Both the position numbers and the translations under genes were made by a program. This document shows positions 1 through 15,123 of a stretch of DNA of 64,000 bases, piece after piece (the stretch's first letter is position 1; each line of letters begins with the position of its first letter). The notes under the pieces were generated by a model. The model saw nothing but the letters and a program-made list of their open reading frames with translations, had not been told where the DNA came from and did no database searches. The DNA comes from a candidate division FCPU426 bacterium (GTDB taxonomy: Bacteria > Oederibacteriota > Muellerivitia > Muellerivitales > Muellerivitaceae): positions 96,001-160,000 of the forward strand of contig CAVYSE010000001.1 in the NCBI GenBank assembly GCA_963771075.1, in the 5' to 3' direction.

Positions 1-319
1 GTTTTATTGCGCGATACCATTTCCCAAAAACGGAATTGGAAGAGATGGGCAAAAAAAATGGATGGATCACCACGGAAGATTATGCGAAATATGAGTTAAA
101 TCAGCCCATTTTGAACCTTCCCACCTTATCGGCGTATCGAACTTCAAAAGGCAAGGATTCGAGCATATCGCGAATTTTATTTACGACCTATCCTATACCT
201 TGAAGAGATTGAGGAAAATCCATAGTTGGAATGATTTGGTGAAGACCTATTATCAAGGCAAAGATTTCATTGAAAGCTGGATTTCGCGACGAATCCCAAT
301 GAAAAAAGCCAATTTATAA
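1..319 (+). CDS. 3' end of a probable B12-binding radical SAM protein (partial, apparent frameshifts)
   Basis: Translates across frames to ...FPKTELEEMGKKNGWI...AYREFYLRP..LKRLRKIHSW...KKANL*, resembling the C-terminal FPGTEL...FYLRP pattern of class B radical SAM proteins; the start lies outside the window. Confidence 0.45.
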
Positions 320-381
320 GACATCTTCCCGCTGCCATGACAATTAATGCCCCTATCTGCAAAATAATATGCAAAATATTG

Positions 382-410
382 TTGACGATTATGTTCGTTT
401 TTTGTATAAC
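382..410 (+). promoter_or_regulatory. sigma70-type rrn promoter
   Basis: TTGACG (382-387), 17 bp spacer, TATAAC (405-410), upstream of the 16S leader. Confidence 0.75.
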
Positions 411-587
411 ACATCTCCCCGGCCACTATGGCTTGTGGCCCCCACCCCTATGGTGAGCGGTGAAGTTGTTCTTTTAAATACGATACCCACACAATCGAAT
501 GTTATGTTTGCTTCGATTGCGGTGCTTACTGCACCGGCGAATATTGCTGTCTCCGGTGGGGTAAGCATCGTATGGATGCTTGTCTGT

Positions 588-633
588 CATCGGTCTTTGA
601 AAACTAAATAGTGCTTACGAAATAAGTTTGGGT
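588..633 (+). other. 16S precursor processing stem, 5' strand, including boxA-like TCTTTGAAAA
   Basis: CATCGGTCTTTGAAAACTAAATAGTGCTTA...GTTTGGGT is complementary to ITS 2284-2325 (ACCCAAAC...TAAGCACTATTTAGTTTTGAGAGACCGGTG); an equivalent stem flanks 23S (2700-2780 with 5792-5861). Confidence 0.8.
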
Positions 634-672
634 GCTAGTCAATAGTAGTTTGAGTTTTTAGAGCCTCAAATT

Positions 673-2223
<1,551 letters not shown>

Positions 2224-2384
2224 TGGAGACCATGTTAAGAGAGCCCTTTTTGAGGGTGCGTCTTAACGTAACTCCAAGTGGATACCCAAACAAGTTAAGC
2301 ACTATTTAGTTTTGAGAGACCGGTGCGGATCCGGTTCTTTTAAAGCTTAGGGCATCATTTTGCTCGTCAGCGCCAAACTGGGAT

Positions 2385-2461
2385 GGGCCTATAGCTCAGT
2401 TGGTTAGAGCGCGCCCCTGATAAGGGCGAGGTGACTGGTTCGACTCCAGTTAGGCCCACCA
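2385..2461 (+). tRNA. tRNA-Ile(GAT)
   Basis: GGGCCTATAGCTCAGTTGGTTAGAGC...CCCCT-GAT-AAGGG...GGTTCGACTCC...AGGCCCACCA; cloverleaf with encoded CCA, in the ITS. Confidence 0.98.
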
Positions 2462-2490
2462 ACTTTCGAGTGGGCTTCTGGTGAGACCGG

Positions 2491-2566
2491 GGGGATGTAG
2501 CTCAGTTGGGAGAGCACCTGCTTTGCAAGCAGGGGGTCACCGGTTCGATCCCGGTCATCTCCACCA
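2491..2566 (+). tRNA. tRNA-Ala(TGC)
   Basis: GGGGATGTAGCTCAGTTGGGAGAGC...CTT-TGC-AAGC...GGTTCGATCCC...TCTCCACCA. Confidence 0.98.
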
Positions 2567-2770
2567 TGTAAGTGGTGGGTGCAAAGTGAAGGTTGCGGGA
2601 ATTTTTATATTAAAAATTCTCGGAGCTTTTACTCCATGAGCAAAAGCCTCTTCTGGCATCTGGCCAGAACCGCTTTTAAAGCGGTGTCGTTCTTTGACAA
2701 TTGATTGAAATACTATTATTAGCTGAACCGAGTGCATTAGTGAATTCTTATGCGGTGGCGAAGAAACATG

Positions 2771-5800
<3,030 letters not shown>

Positions 5801-5899
5801 TATGTTTCATCTTCACCGCAATTCCTAATCCACTTTGGTTCAAGGATAGTATTTCAATCAATCCATTTAACTGCGAATAACAGTTAACGATCTCGATGT

Positions 5900-6017
<118 letters not shown>

Positions 6018-6027
6018 TTTTAAAACG

Positions 6028-6063
6028 AACCCAGCCTTCTTTATGGAGGCTGGGTTTTTTTTT
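6028..6063 (+). terminator. rho-independent terminator of the rrn operon
   Basis: AACCCAGCCTTC-loop-GGAGGCTGGGTT followed by a T run. Confidence 0.9.
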
Positions 6064-6264
6064 GCCCAAATCAAATGGGCGGGGGGCCCCTGCGGTGACC
6101 CGCAGCCGATGGGTCTTTTCCGCCCGGCTTTATTTTCGAAAGGCCGGTCACCGATGTCTTTATCCCCGCAATGGGTTAAAACTTTCCTTTGGTGTGACGG
6201 CCTTATCCATCCGTTCAATCCCAACCAAGGGCTTCAGGATGGCATCGCCAGCCGCTCTACCCGA

Positions 6265-8265
6265 TCAATGACCTTTTTCCAGGTTGTCCTTCGGGTTCCA
6301 CCAGGGGCCCTTTTCGATTCCCTCAATCGTGCGCCGCCTAAAATCCGGTTCGGTGATCAGGCTCAGGGCGGTGGAATAGTACCAGCTCAAGTGGCTTTCA
6401 TCATGGAAGGCTCTCGCGTAATTGGCCGCGTTCAGCAGGGGGTGTGCACAAATTTCCAGAAATAACCCGTTGACCTCGCTCGGGTTTTTGGCCTCGGGCT
6501 CCAGGTAATGCCGGTAGAAATCATACAGGATTGAAAAATTGTCGGCCGGGTAAGGCCTTTCTCCAGGGCGGAAAACATGGGTCAAGAGCCCGCGGGGCTC
6601 GAAGGCGAACCTGGGAAATAATTCCGCGTATAGACCCTCGAAATACCCGTTCGGGTAGGTGCAGTAAACCGGGAAGGGAATCGCCGGGTCTTGGAGCGAC
6701 TTGAACAGGAGGGCTTTGTCGAAGGGGCCGGCCCCATCGCACTGGAAAAGCGCCCGGTCTTTCAAGAGTTCGTGGCCGTACTGGTAGGTCCGGTTCAACT
6801 CGGGAGACAATATTAAATGGATGTCGGGGCGCAGGCCCAGCACTTCCGTCAGGTAAAGCGCCGAAAAGTAATCGTAATCCACTTCGGAAAAATAAACCGC
6901 GTTCGAGGGCAAGCATTTCAGGGCGGTGAGGCCGTAGCCGTAATAAAGAAACTGCCGGGTTTGGTTGTTGATGGCAAGGCCGTTCCAAAAGGTCGAAAGG
7001 CACGAGTAAAAAAATACAACCAAGGCAAAAATAATAAATACATTATGTCTTCGACGGAATCGGAATCGAAGGTAATCCCATAAATACAGCAAACCGCAGG
7101 CGGCCAAAAATCCGGTCAGCCAATTGAGGGTCAAGAGGTGGTCGGCCATGTGCCAAAATTCGATGGGGCTGACCTGGAGATAAAAAAGGCTCGCGAGTAG
7201 GGTGGTGAGGAAAAGGGCCGAAACCGTCAAACCGGCCGCCTTGTTTTTCCGGGCGAGGGAAAAGAGGCCGAGAAGGGCGAACAACAGGTAGAGGGGGGAA
7301 AACTCGCGCAGGATGTGGTAGGAAATATAGCCCGCCTTGTCGGCGAAGATCGGCCAGAAATAATCGAGGTTGGAGGCCAGGGTCTCCTCCTTCGCGTAAG
7401 AAAACCGGCCGATGGTCGCCAGCAGGCGGTGGAAGTTAGTGGGGGCCCCGAAGTCCAACGGTGGATTCAAGGAACCGCGCAGGGGCAAATAGAGATAAGC
7501 GCTTAAAACGCAACCGAGGAGGCTGGCCCAGATCAACAGGGACGAGGCGCCGGGCCAGGGACGCTTTTCCGCCCGATGGAAAATCCACAGGCAGGGAATG
7601 AGGACCACAATTAATAGCGATTGGGTCGGCCAATGGTTACAAAAGCCCAAGCCCAGGAAAAAAAGGAACAGGGTGCCCGGCCTCCGGCCCGCCCCTTCCT
7701 TTGAAAAAACCAGGGCTTGGAAGCACAGCAGCGCCGCCAGTTCCAGGACGATTTGAAGGATATAAACGCCCCCCTTCGCGGCGATGGCGTTGCCCCAAAA
7801 GGTGCTCGAAAAGCTAAAACCGAAAGAGGCGAGGGCGCAAACCAGGTTTAGGACCAAGGGCGGGGGGCCGGCCAAGGCATCCGCGCGGCGAAAGAAAAAC
7901 CAGAGGTTCGAAAAAAATAAGAGGGCCGCAAGCGACCCGAGGAAGGCGGCGAAAAAGTTCAGCCCCATCGCCGGGTTTCCCAGGGGCAGGAACAGAAAGA
8001 GTTTTCCCAAGAGGGTGAAGAGCGGATAGCCGGGGGCGTGGACGATCCCCAGCCCGGCGCAGCCAGCCACGGTCTCGGGGGAGTCGTTCCTTAACAAAGC
8101 GGGGTTAAGGGTGGCCAAAAAGGCAAGGGTGGGGACGAAAAAAACCATCAGCCCCCACCCGACCGGGAAGGGAGGGCTGGGGGGCGATAATGAGGGCGCA
8201 GGTGGTTCCCTTTGTATACCGTCCTGGGGTGATCGCAATGTTTTCCGCCTCAATTTCATGGACAA
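6265..8265 (-). CDS. DUF2723 / TMEM260-like GT-C membrane glycosyltransferase (putative protein O-mannosyltransferase)
   Basis: Motif DSPETVAG..GLGIVHAPGYPLFTLLGKLF typical of DUF2723, YLYLPLR motif, multiple TM helices, soluble C-terminal domain. Confidence 0.8.
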   Translation of the reverse strand: MSMKLRRKTLRSPQDGIQREPPAPSLSPPSPPFPVGWGLMVFFVPTLAFLATLNPALLRNDSPETVAGCAGLGIVHAPGYPLFTLLGKLFLFLPLGNPAMGLNFFAAFLGSLAALLFFSNLWFFFRRADALAGPPPLVLNLVCALASFGFSFSSTFWGNAIAAKGGVYILQIVLELAALLCFQALVFSKEGAGRRPGTLFLFFLGLGFCNHWPTQSLLIVVLIPCLWIFHRAEKRPWPGASSLLIWASLLGCVLSAYLYLPLRGSLNPPLDFGAPTNFHRLLATIGRFSYAKEETLASNLDYFWPIFADKAGYISYHILREFSPLYLLFALLGLFSLARKNKAAGLTVSALFLTTLLASLFYLQVSPIEFWHMADHLLTLNWLTGFLAACGLLYLWDYLRFRFRRRHNVFIIFALVVFFYSCLSTFWNGLAINNQTRQFLYYGYGLTALKCLPSNAVYFSEVDYDYFSALYLTEVLGLRPDIHLILSPELNRTYQYGHELLKDRALFQCDGAGPFDKALLFKSLQDPAIPFPVYCTYPNGYFEGLYAELFPRFAFEPRGLLTHVFRPGERPYPADNFSILYDFYRHYLEPEAKNPSEVNGLFLEICAHPLLNAANYARAFHDESHLSWYYSTALSLITEPDFRRRTIEGIEKGPWWNPKDNLEKGH

Positions 8266-8393
8266 TCAGGATAACAAGTTTCACGGCGCCCGCCGCGCGG
8301 GGCCCCTGGCACAAATGAATTGTTTTTTGAATCGTACAATTCTATATTATCAAATCAGCGTTTTTTTTATTTTTACAATTTAGGGGAGACAGC

Positions 8394-10262
8394 ATGAAAG
8401 TCGTCAATGAAGTGTCGTGGATGATCGGCGGGCCCCAAGGCACGGGGGTCGATTCCTCCGCCAATCTTTTTTCCCAGGCTTGCGCCACCGCCGGTTTATG
8501 GGTTTTCGGGAAGCGCGAATACCACTCCAACATCAAGGGCAAACACAGTTATTTCCAGGTCCGGGTATCCGACCAGCCCATCCACAGCCATGTGGATGAG
8601 GTTCACATCCTCGCGACCTTCGAGGATTCGACGGCCCGCCTGCACGCCCACGAGGTAGTGAAGGGCGGGGCGCTGATCTACGACCCCACCAAGATCACCC
8701 TCGACGACCTGAACTTGAAATCCGGCGTCATCACCCTGCCCATCGATTTCAACACGGTGCTTCGCCACGTGGCGGAAGTGACGGGGGAAGAATACGCCAA
8801 GCTCTCCATCATCAAAAACACCATCGCGGTCGCGGCGTCCATCGCCCTCTTGCGCATGGATATGTCCAATATGGAAGAAACCCTCAAGCGGATCTATGCC
8901 GGTAAAAAAGCCAAGTTCATCCCGCTCAACATGGCGGCGGTGCGCAAGGCCTATGAGGCCGTCGAGGCCCTGCCCGCCGAGATGCACGCGCAGTTCCCCT
9001 ACCACCTGGAGCCCAAGAAGAACCAGCCGAAGCGGCTGCTGATCAACGGGGCGCAGGCCACCTCCCTGGGCAAGCTGAAGGCGGGATGCCGGTACCAATC
9101 CTACTACCCCATCAGCCCGGCGACCGATGAGAGCTATTATTTAGAAAGCCATCCCGAGTTCGGCATCGCGGTGGTCCAATGCGAGGACGAAATCTCCGCG
9201 GTCGAAATGGCCTTGGGCGCGGCCACCACGGGCGTTCGCGCCTCCACGGCGACTTCCGGCCCCGGGTTCAGCCTGATGGCCGAGGGCCTGGGTTGGGGCG
9301 GGATGAACGAGGTTCCCCTGGTGGTGTTCAACTACCAAAGGGGCGGTCCTTCCACCGGGCTTCCCACCCGCCATGAGCAGGGCGACCTGATGTTCTCCGT
9401 CTTCGGCGGCCACGGGGAGTATCCCCGGCTGGTCATGTCCCCCGCGACCATCGACGACCATTTCCACATGGCGTTCGAGTCGTTCAATTACGCGGACAAG
9501 TTCCAGACGCCGGTCGTGATCCTCAACGACAAGTTCCTGACCCACAGCCTCCAGACCATCCCCCCCTTCAAGGAAGACCACCTGGTCATCGACCGGGGCC
9601 GTTTGGCGACGCCCGAGGAATTGGAAACCGCCATCGCGGACGGCAAGGGCTTTCCCAGGTTCCGGCCCGATTCCAAGACGGTGGTTTCACCCCGCGCTTT
9701 CCCGGGCCAAGAGGGAAGCCCCTATTGGATGACCGGCGACGAGCACGACGATTACGGGCACATCACCGAGAACCCGGAAACCCGCAAGAAGATGCACGAG
9801 AAGCGGATGTCCAAGTACCGGCTCATGCTGGAACAAATACCGGAAGACCGGCAGTTCAGCCTGACCGGCGAGGCAAAGGCGGATGTCACCCTGGTCTGCT
9901 GGGGAACCACTTACGGGGTGGTCGCCGACGCGCTTCCCGCGCTCAAGGCAATGGGCATCCAGGCCAATTGCCTCCACTTGCGCATGCTCAACCCCTTTCC
10001 CATCGCCTGCGAGAAGATCATGAAGAACGCGAAGAAATTGGTCCTCATCGAGAGCAACTGGGGGACCCAGTTGGGCCACCTCATCCGCATGGCGACGGGG
10101 TTGTTCATCCCGGCGCAGGTGGTGAAGTACACCGGACGCCCCATGTCGTTGAACGAGATCCTGGATTCGGTTTCCAAGATCGTGAACAAGCAGGTAACCC
10201 CGGAAACGGACCCCCTCACGGGTCTTTCCGTAGAAAAGGTGGTGTTGACCTATGGTCTCTAA
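8394..10262 (+). CDS. korA: 2-oxoacid:ferredoxin oxidoreductase alpha subunit (gamma-alpha fusion)
   Basis: IGGPQGTGV N-terminus, YYPISPAT, QCEDEISA, TATSGPGFSLM, QRGGPSTGLPT; RBS AGGGGAG. Confidence 0.95.
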   Translation: MKVVNEVSWMIGGPQGTGVDSSANLFSQACATAGLWVFGKREYHSNIKGKHSYFQVRVSDQPIHSHVDEVHILATFEDSTARLHAHEVVKGGALIYDPTKITLDDLNLKSGVITLPIDFNTVLRHVAEVTGEEYAKLSIIKNTIAVAASIALLRMDMSNMEETLKRIYAGKKAKFIPLNMAAVRKAYEAVEALPAEMHAQFPYHLEPKKNQPKRLLINGAQATSLGKLKAGCRYQSYYPISPATDESYYLESHPEFGIAVVQCEDEISAVEMALGAATTGVRASTATSGPGFSLMAEGLGWGGMNEVPLVVFNYQRGGPSTGLPTRHEQGDLMFSVFGGHGEYPRLVMSPATIDDHFHMAFESFNYADKFQTPVVILNDKFLTHSLQTIPPFKEDHLVIDRGRLATPEELETAIADGKGFPRFRPDSKTVVSPRAFPGQEGSPYWMTGDEHDDYGHITENPETRKKMHEKRMSKYRLMLEQIPEDRQFSLTGEAKADVTLVCWGTTYGVVADALPALKAMGIQANCLHLRMLNPFPIACEKIMKNAKKLVLIESNWGTQLGHLIRMATGLFIPAQVVKYTGRPMSLNEILDSVSKIVNKQVTPETDPLTGLSVEKVVLTYGL

Positions 10263-11235
10263 ACTTCAAACGACCCTAACGGTCGCGGCTTACAAAAGTG
10301 AAGTGCATAACGACTGGTGCCCGGGCTGCGGCGATTTCGGAATCCTCCAGGCCATCCAGCAATCCTGCGCCGAATTGGCCCTGCCGCCCTGGGAAACCAT
10401 GGTGTTCGGGGGGATCGGCTGTTCCGGCAAGACCTTCAATTACATGTCCTCCCACGGGGTCCACACGCTCCATGGCAGGGTATTGCCTTTCGCGGTAGGC
10501 GCCAAGCTCGCCAACCCGGACCTGGAAGTCATCGCGGTCGGGGGGGACGGGGACGGCTACGGCATCGGGGCCGGCCACTTCGTACACGCGGGACGCCGAA
10601 ACGTGGACATGGCCTACATCGTTTACACCAACGAAGTCTATGGGTTGACCAAGGGGCAGGCCGCCCCCACGATGGCGCGGGGCCAGCAAACCAAGGGTTT
10701 GCCGCTCCCCAACACCAACGACGCGATCCAGCCGCTCGCGCTAGCCTTAAGCTCGGGCTACACCTGGATCGGCCGCAGTTACGCCTTCGACGGCAAGCAC
10801 CTGAAGGAGATGATCAAGAAGGCCATCGAGCACAAGGGGATGGCGCTCCTGGATGTGCTCCAGCCCTGCCCGACCTTCAACGACATCCATACGGCCGAAT
10901 GGTTCAACAAGAAGATCAAGGGCGAAGGCGAGAACAACCAGGTTCCCCGCATCTTCAACATCAATGAGATGGGGCATGACGGGTCGGTGAAAGATCCCAC
11001 CAACCTGGATGAAGTGGCGGATAAGAAGAAAAAGGCCTTCGAGTTGGCCAACTACCACGGGGAGCGCATCCCCACGGGCTTGTTTTACGAGATTAAACTC
11101 CCGACCTACTCCGAGAGGATGCAAGCCCAGGTTCCGATGCTGAAAAAATTCGCGCCGGCGAGGGTGCCTTATGAGGACGCGAGCCATTTGCCGACGACCG
11201 ACCTGAGCAAGGTCTACGAGGAATTTATTTTTTAA
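10252..11235 (+). CDS. korB: 2-oxoacid:ferredoxin oxidoreductase beta subunit
   Basis: WCPGCGDFGIL, GIGCSG, TPP motif GGDGDG...N, YGLTKGQ, LQPCPTFN. Confidence 0.95.
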   Translation: MVSKLQTTLTVAAYKSEVHNDWCPGCGDFGILQAIQQSCAELALPPWETMVFGGIGCSGKTFNYMSSHGVHTLHGRVLPFAVGAKLANPDLEVIAVGGDGDGYGIGAGHFVHAGRRNVDMAYIVYTNEVYGLTKGQAAPTMARGQQTKGLPLPNTNDAIQPLALALSSGYTWIGRSYAFDGKHLKEMIKKAIEHKGMALLDVLQPCPTFNDIHTAEWFNKKIKGEGENNQVPRIFNINEMGHDGSVKDPTNLDEVADKKKKAFELANYHGERIPTGLFYEIKLPTYSERMQAQVPMLKKFAPARVPYEDASHLPTTDLSKVYEEFIF

Positions 11236-11250
11236 AGTCGGTGGCCGTGA

Positions 11251-11287
11251 AGAGCCCGGGCCCTGCCAAGGTCCCGGGCTTTTTTTA
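11251..11287 (+). terminator. rho-independent terminator after korB
   Basis: AGCCCGGG-loop-CCCGGGCT followed by a T run. Confidence 0.85.
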
Positions 11288-11320
11288 TGCCGGGATGTCG
11301 CGGAAATAGGGAATAGGTGG

Positions 11321-11353
11321 AATTTTAATAATTGATTTCTGACCCCGTTTACA
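11321..11353 (+). repeat. 33-bp direct repeat, copy 1
   Basis: AATTTTAATAATTGATTTCTGACCCCGTTTACA; 31/33 identical to 14369-14401. Confidence 0.9.
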
Positions 11354-13103
11354 AAAACGAATTATTGATATTGATCGCGGGTAAGAGCGATGAGGAGATC
11401 AGGGAGATCTTCGAGAAAAAGCCCCCCGGGGGCGGCTCTGGCCCCGGTCCATCGGATGATAGCTCTAAAGGGAGTGGGCCTGGAGGATCGGGCGGGTCAG
11501 GTGGATCTGGTGGTTCGGGGGGATCTGGCGGGGGGGGCGCCATCCGAAACACCCAACGTAGCTGACAGTTCGCAGTTGACAGTCGACAGCAAGCAAAACA
11601 ACCAAAAGACACTTCAACCCTCGGGGGTACTGGGGATCTGGCTGGCCATTAAAGCCGCCCTGAAACAAGTCTGGCAGGGCTTTATCGGTGCAGTCCTCAA
11701 AGCTTTCTTTGCTTCTGGCCCGAAGCCACAAGGAGAGTCTCGCACCGATACCCCTATGGTATCGGCACAGACACCCGTTGGTCCTACGGACCAAGGGCGA
11801 CAAAAAACGTCGAGTCATGGGCGTCGCCTTGAGAGCGACGACCAGTCGGTATTTTGGGGCACCATGGCGGGCATTCCCTGGATCAAGGCCATCCGGGCAA
11901 AGATCAAAGCAGGGAAAGACCTCACCCTCTGGGAAAAGCTGTTTCTGGTGGCGGCCTTCTTTGGCCGGATCTTGCATTGGACCTGGCATACGTCGTGGCC
12001 CTTGGCCAAGAGTTCCTTCAGGTGGGTTGGGTCACGCATAAAAAAGGCCTTGAACGGCACCCTGAGGTTCTTGGGAGAAGTGGTGGGCAAGCCCGCCAAA
12101 AAAGTGATCCAGGGCGTGGTGGGTATCGCCTTGGTGTTGGGGCTGGCCTATGGCCTCTATCTATTCTTCTTCCACCCGGCGGGACTAAGGGGCTTGGTGG
12201 GCCGCGCCACCTCCGGGGTGATCCATTGGGTGGGGTCTTGGGTAAACCCTTGGGAAGGAGATAGTAAATCCATTCCTCAACCACAACCCACGACAATTCC
12301 AACGCCTGGTCCGAAACCTCCCGTTTCGGACCAAGCCTTGGCAGTACCCATATCTAAATCAGATATGGGTACCCCTGTTCCACGCCTGAGGTTGTTAAAA
12401 CTAAACACTTAAAACTCAAAACTTCTAAATTTCTGAAAAAGGCCGTTCCGGCGGCTGTGGTTTCAAATCAAAACCCAACACCTAAAACCGAGAACACGGC
12501 CGCATCATCGGCCCTACCCGTCGCGCCCGCTACGGGGCAAGAAGCGGCGTGGGTAGCCGAACTCATCCCAGCTTTTCCTTCGCCCTTCCTAGTGAAGCCT
12601 TGGATCTTCAGCCCGACCCAACCATTTCTCCCCTCATGGTCCAGAAAAGGCTCTCCGAAATCCAGGACCCCGAAAGGTTCCGCGTTTACGTGGGGCATGA
12701 CCGCCAAACGATTAAATCCATGAACGTGGACGATGGGGGTATGGACCTTTTCTTCAACGGCTCCTTCGGCGGTTTGCTCGGCGACTCATCCAGCTTTAGG
12801 TTCTTCTGGGAGGACGTGCAGGGCATCCGCCTGGCGACGGTGGAGGTTTCGGGCGACAAGCCGCAAACGCTCTGCTTTTGCGCGCTGGAAGTGAAGACCA
12901 AGAAAAAAATGGCGGCCTTCGAATGCGCGCCGGGGGACGTTGCCCATTTGGTGTCGGCCCTGGCGGCGCAGTTCAAAAGCTCCACGAAAAGGGAGGTATT
13001 GGTGGCGCCCCTGCCTTACGTGAACCAGGGTTTGTGGCTGGGCGGGCAAAACCAGGTGGATGGGATGTGGTGGAAAGCCCGGCGGGGCGGTCGCAAGAGG
13101 TGA
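11350..13103 (+). pseudogene. apparently 5'-truncated, frameshifted hypothetical membrane protein (Gly/Ser linker, TM segment, Pro-rich linker, C-terminal globular domain)
   Basis: ORF pieces 11332-11565, 11390-12412, 12457-12723 and 12549-13103 join into one reading with shifts near 11540, 12380 and 12570; no RBS, and coding begins right at the 33-bp repeat. Confidence 0.45.
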
Positions 13104-13378
13104 AACTGCGCTTTACCCCGGCGGACTGGCAAAGGCCCACGACCGGCGGCGGAATCCGCCTGGGGGATTACCTTTGGGGCTTGGGTGTGAACCTGAATGA
13201 ACAAACCGGGAAGGAAGAATTTTTAGGCAGTTGGGCGGAATGGCCTCGGGACCGTCGACCCTTTTCGTGGTGGGCCCGGAGGATCGGCGCAAGGCCCAGA
13301 ATGCCGAGACCGGCCCCGAAAACGATCCCTTCAACCCGCCCCGCAGGGCGGTGCGGCTGGCGGCGCCGTGAGGGGGGG
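13100..13378 (+). repeat. small gene/fragment MKLRFTPADWQRPTTGGGIRLGDYLWG..., copy 1 of a diverged direct repeat
   Basis: GTG overlaps the upstream stop; aligns by eye with 14048-14223. Confidence 0.8.
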
Positions 13379-13486
13379 CGGGGAACCGTTAGGCGAAGGT
13401 GATGAAGTGGTTCGAAATTGAGTTGGATAATATAAAATGAACACGAGCCCGTTAAACATTGAAGAAATCCTGAACCGGAGTGTTTC

Positions 13487-14022
13487 ATGACCGAGCAAAT
13501 AACCGAATACCTGTTATCCAAGAAAATTTATTTTATCCGGGGCCAGAAGGTCATGTTGAGCCCGCATTTGGCGGAGCTTTATGGTGTTGAGACCAAGATC
13601 TTGCTTCAATCCATCAAGCGCAACATGGAAAGATTCCCGGATGATTTTATGTTTCAGTTATCGCCCCAGGAATTTCAAACTTGAGGTCACAATTTGTGAC
13701 CTCAAGTTGGGGCGGACATCGTTACGCGCCTTACGCTTTTACGGAGCAAGGCGTGGCCATGCTTTCAAGCGTTTTAAACAGCCCAAGGGCTATCCAGGTG
13801 AATATTCAAATCATGCGAATATTCGTAAAGTTGCGCCAGCTTATCGCAGAGAAGAAGGATATGGCACGCCGTTTGGAGGAGTTAGAAAAGAAGGTCGGAT
13901 CACAGGACGGGAAAATCCAGGCTGTATTCGACGCAATTAGGGAATTGATGAAAGAACCGGAAAAATCCAAAAGGCGGATCGGGTTTTTGGAAGAAAAATC
14001 TGCGGCCTATCGGGCCCGTTGA
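13487..14022 (+). CDS. ORF6N (KilA-N-like) domain DNA-binding protein, one frameshift at ~13680
   Basis: [37 protein letters not shown] + [44 protein letters not shown]...KRRIGF; the shift is in an A homopolymer. Confidence 0.9.
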
Positions 14023-14047
14023 AGGGGATGCGGGGCAGCCGACGGTT

Positions 14048-14223
14048 GTGAAACTGCGCTTTTCCCCAGCGGCCTGGAAAAGGCCCACGACCGGAGGCGG
14101 AATCCGTCTGGGTGATTATCTTTGGGCCCTTCCAGCAAGGCCCAGGAAGCCGAAACCGGCTCCGAAAACGACACCTTCAACCCGCTCCGCAGGGCGGTGC
14201 GGCTGGGGGCGCCGTGAGGGGGG
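14048..14223 (+). repeat. diverged, internally deleted copy 2 of 13100-13378
   Basis: GTGAAACTGCGCTTTTCCCCAGCGG...GGCGCCGTGAGGGGGG; lacks roughly 100 bp present in copy 1. Confidence 0.8.
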
Positions 14224-14368
14224 AGGTTGGGCCTGGAAAACAAGGTTTAAATACCGTTCACACCTGTATACGACGAGGTGGGATGAATTATTGCCGTTCA
14301 AGCGTAAAAGGTGGCGCGAAGGTAATGGAGGAGTAGGATAGCGTCATGGCGGTAAACGAACGGGGAGA

Positions 14369-14401
14369 AATTTTAATAATTGATATCTGACCCTGTTTAC
14401 A
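14369..14401 (+). repeat. 33-bp direct repeat, copy 2
   Basis: AATTTTAATAATTGATATCTGACCCTGTTTACA; upstream GTAAAC...GGGGAGA (14352-14368) is partly complementary to TCTGACCCTGTTTAC. Confidence 0.9.
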
Positions 14402-14748
14402 CCCTCACTTGGAAGTTTCGGGACAGGTGCTTTTTTGATTTACATACACTGACTGCGAGAGCAAACTGAAATGGTCCGGTGAATGGTTTCGCCTGCAAGC
14501 GAGATGTTCCTGGGCCCCAGAAACGGATCTCTCCGGCTCAAATGAGATCCCCCTTTTTTACCCTGAGACTCTCGAAGGGTTGAACGAGGTGGAACATGGG
14601 AAATTGGGAAACCAGTCGGCAGTCCGCAGTTCGCCCCAATTGCCCAAATCAATTGGGAGCACCAAACAACGTTGTTCGCCCTGAAAGCTCTCAACAGGTG
14701 CCAGTCAACCGCCGACAGGGACTTCTACTAAAACCAGTCGACTTAGAC

Positions 14749-15123
14749 TTGCGCACCCCGTTGAATCGCCCTCCCCTTCACCCACGTTACCGCCGCCGAA
14801 GACGGTGGGAACAAAGAAAAATCTGCCCTTATTGCTTGGCCGACCTGACCGACTACGACCGGGAGGAATTTAAGGAACTGGGTTATGTCTGCCCTCTTTG
14901 CCGCCACACGATCCTGGACCACCTTTTAACCACTCCGGTTTACCAATTTACCTCAAGCCAGCAATGGGACCTCTTGGCCAATGAGATGGAATTCGTCTGG
15001 AATGCGGAATACCGCGACGTGGACAGCTACCTTTTCGGGATGGGGTCCTACTACAATCCCGATTACAGCGAAGCCAAGGAACGACTTTATGGGGACGCTG
15101 GCCGAAAAAGACGCGCTCCATAA
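14749..15123 (+). CDS. small hypothetical zinc-ribbon protein (start uncertain)
   Basis: CPYC-x17-CPLC followed by protein-like acidic/aromatic sequence. Confidence 0.45.
   Translation: MRTPLNRPPLHPRYRRRRRWEQRKICPYCLADLTDYDREEFKELGYVCPLCRHTILDHLLTTPVYQFTSSQQWDLLANEMEFVWNAEYRDVDSYLFGMGSYYNPDYSEAKERLYGDAGRKRRAP

Noticed and set aside
14352..14401. Possible integron attC site (GTAAAC...GTTTAC hairpin)
   Set aside because: The ends do not fit RYYYAAC/GTTRRRY, there is no L-box pattern or intI gene, and the copies do not follow gene stops in an array
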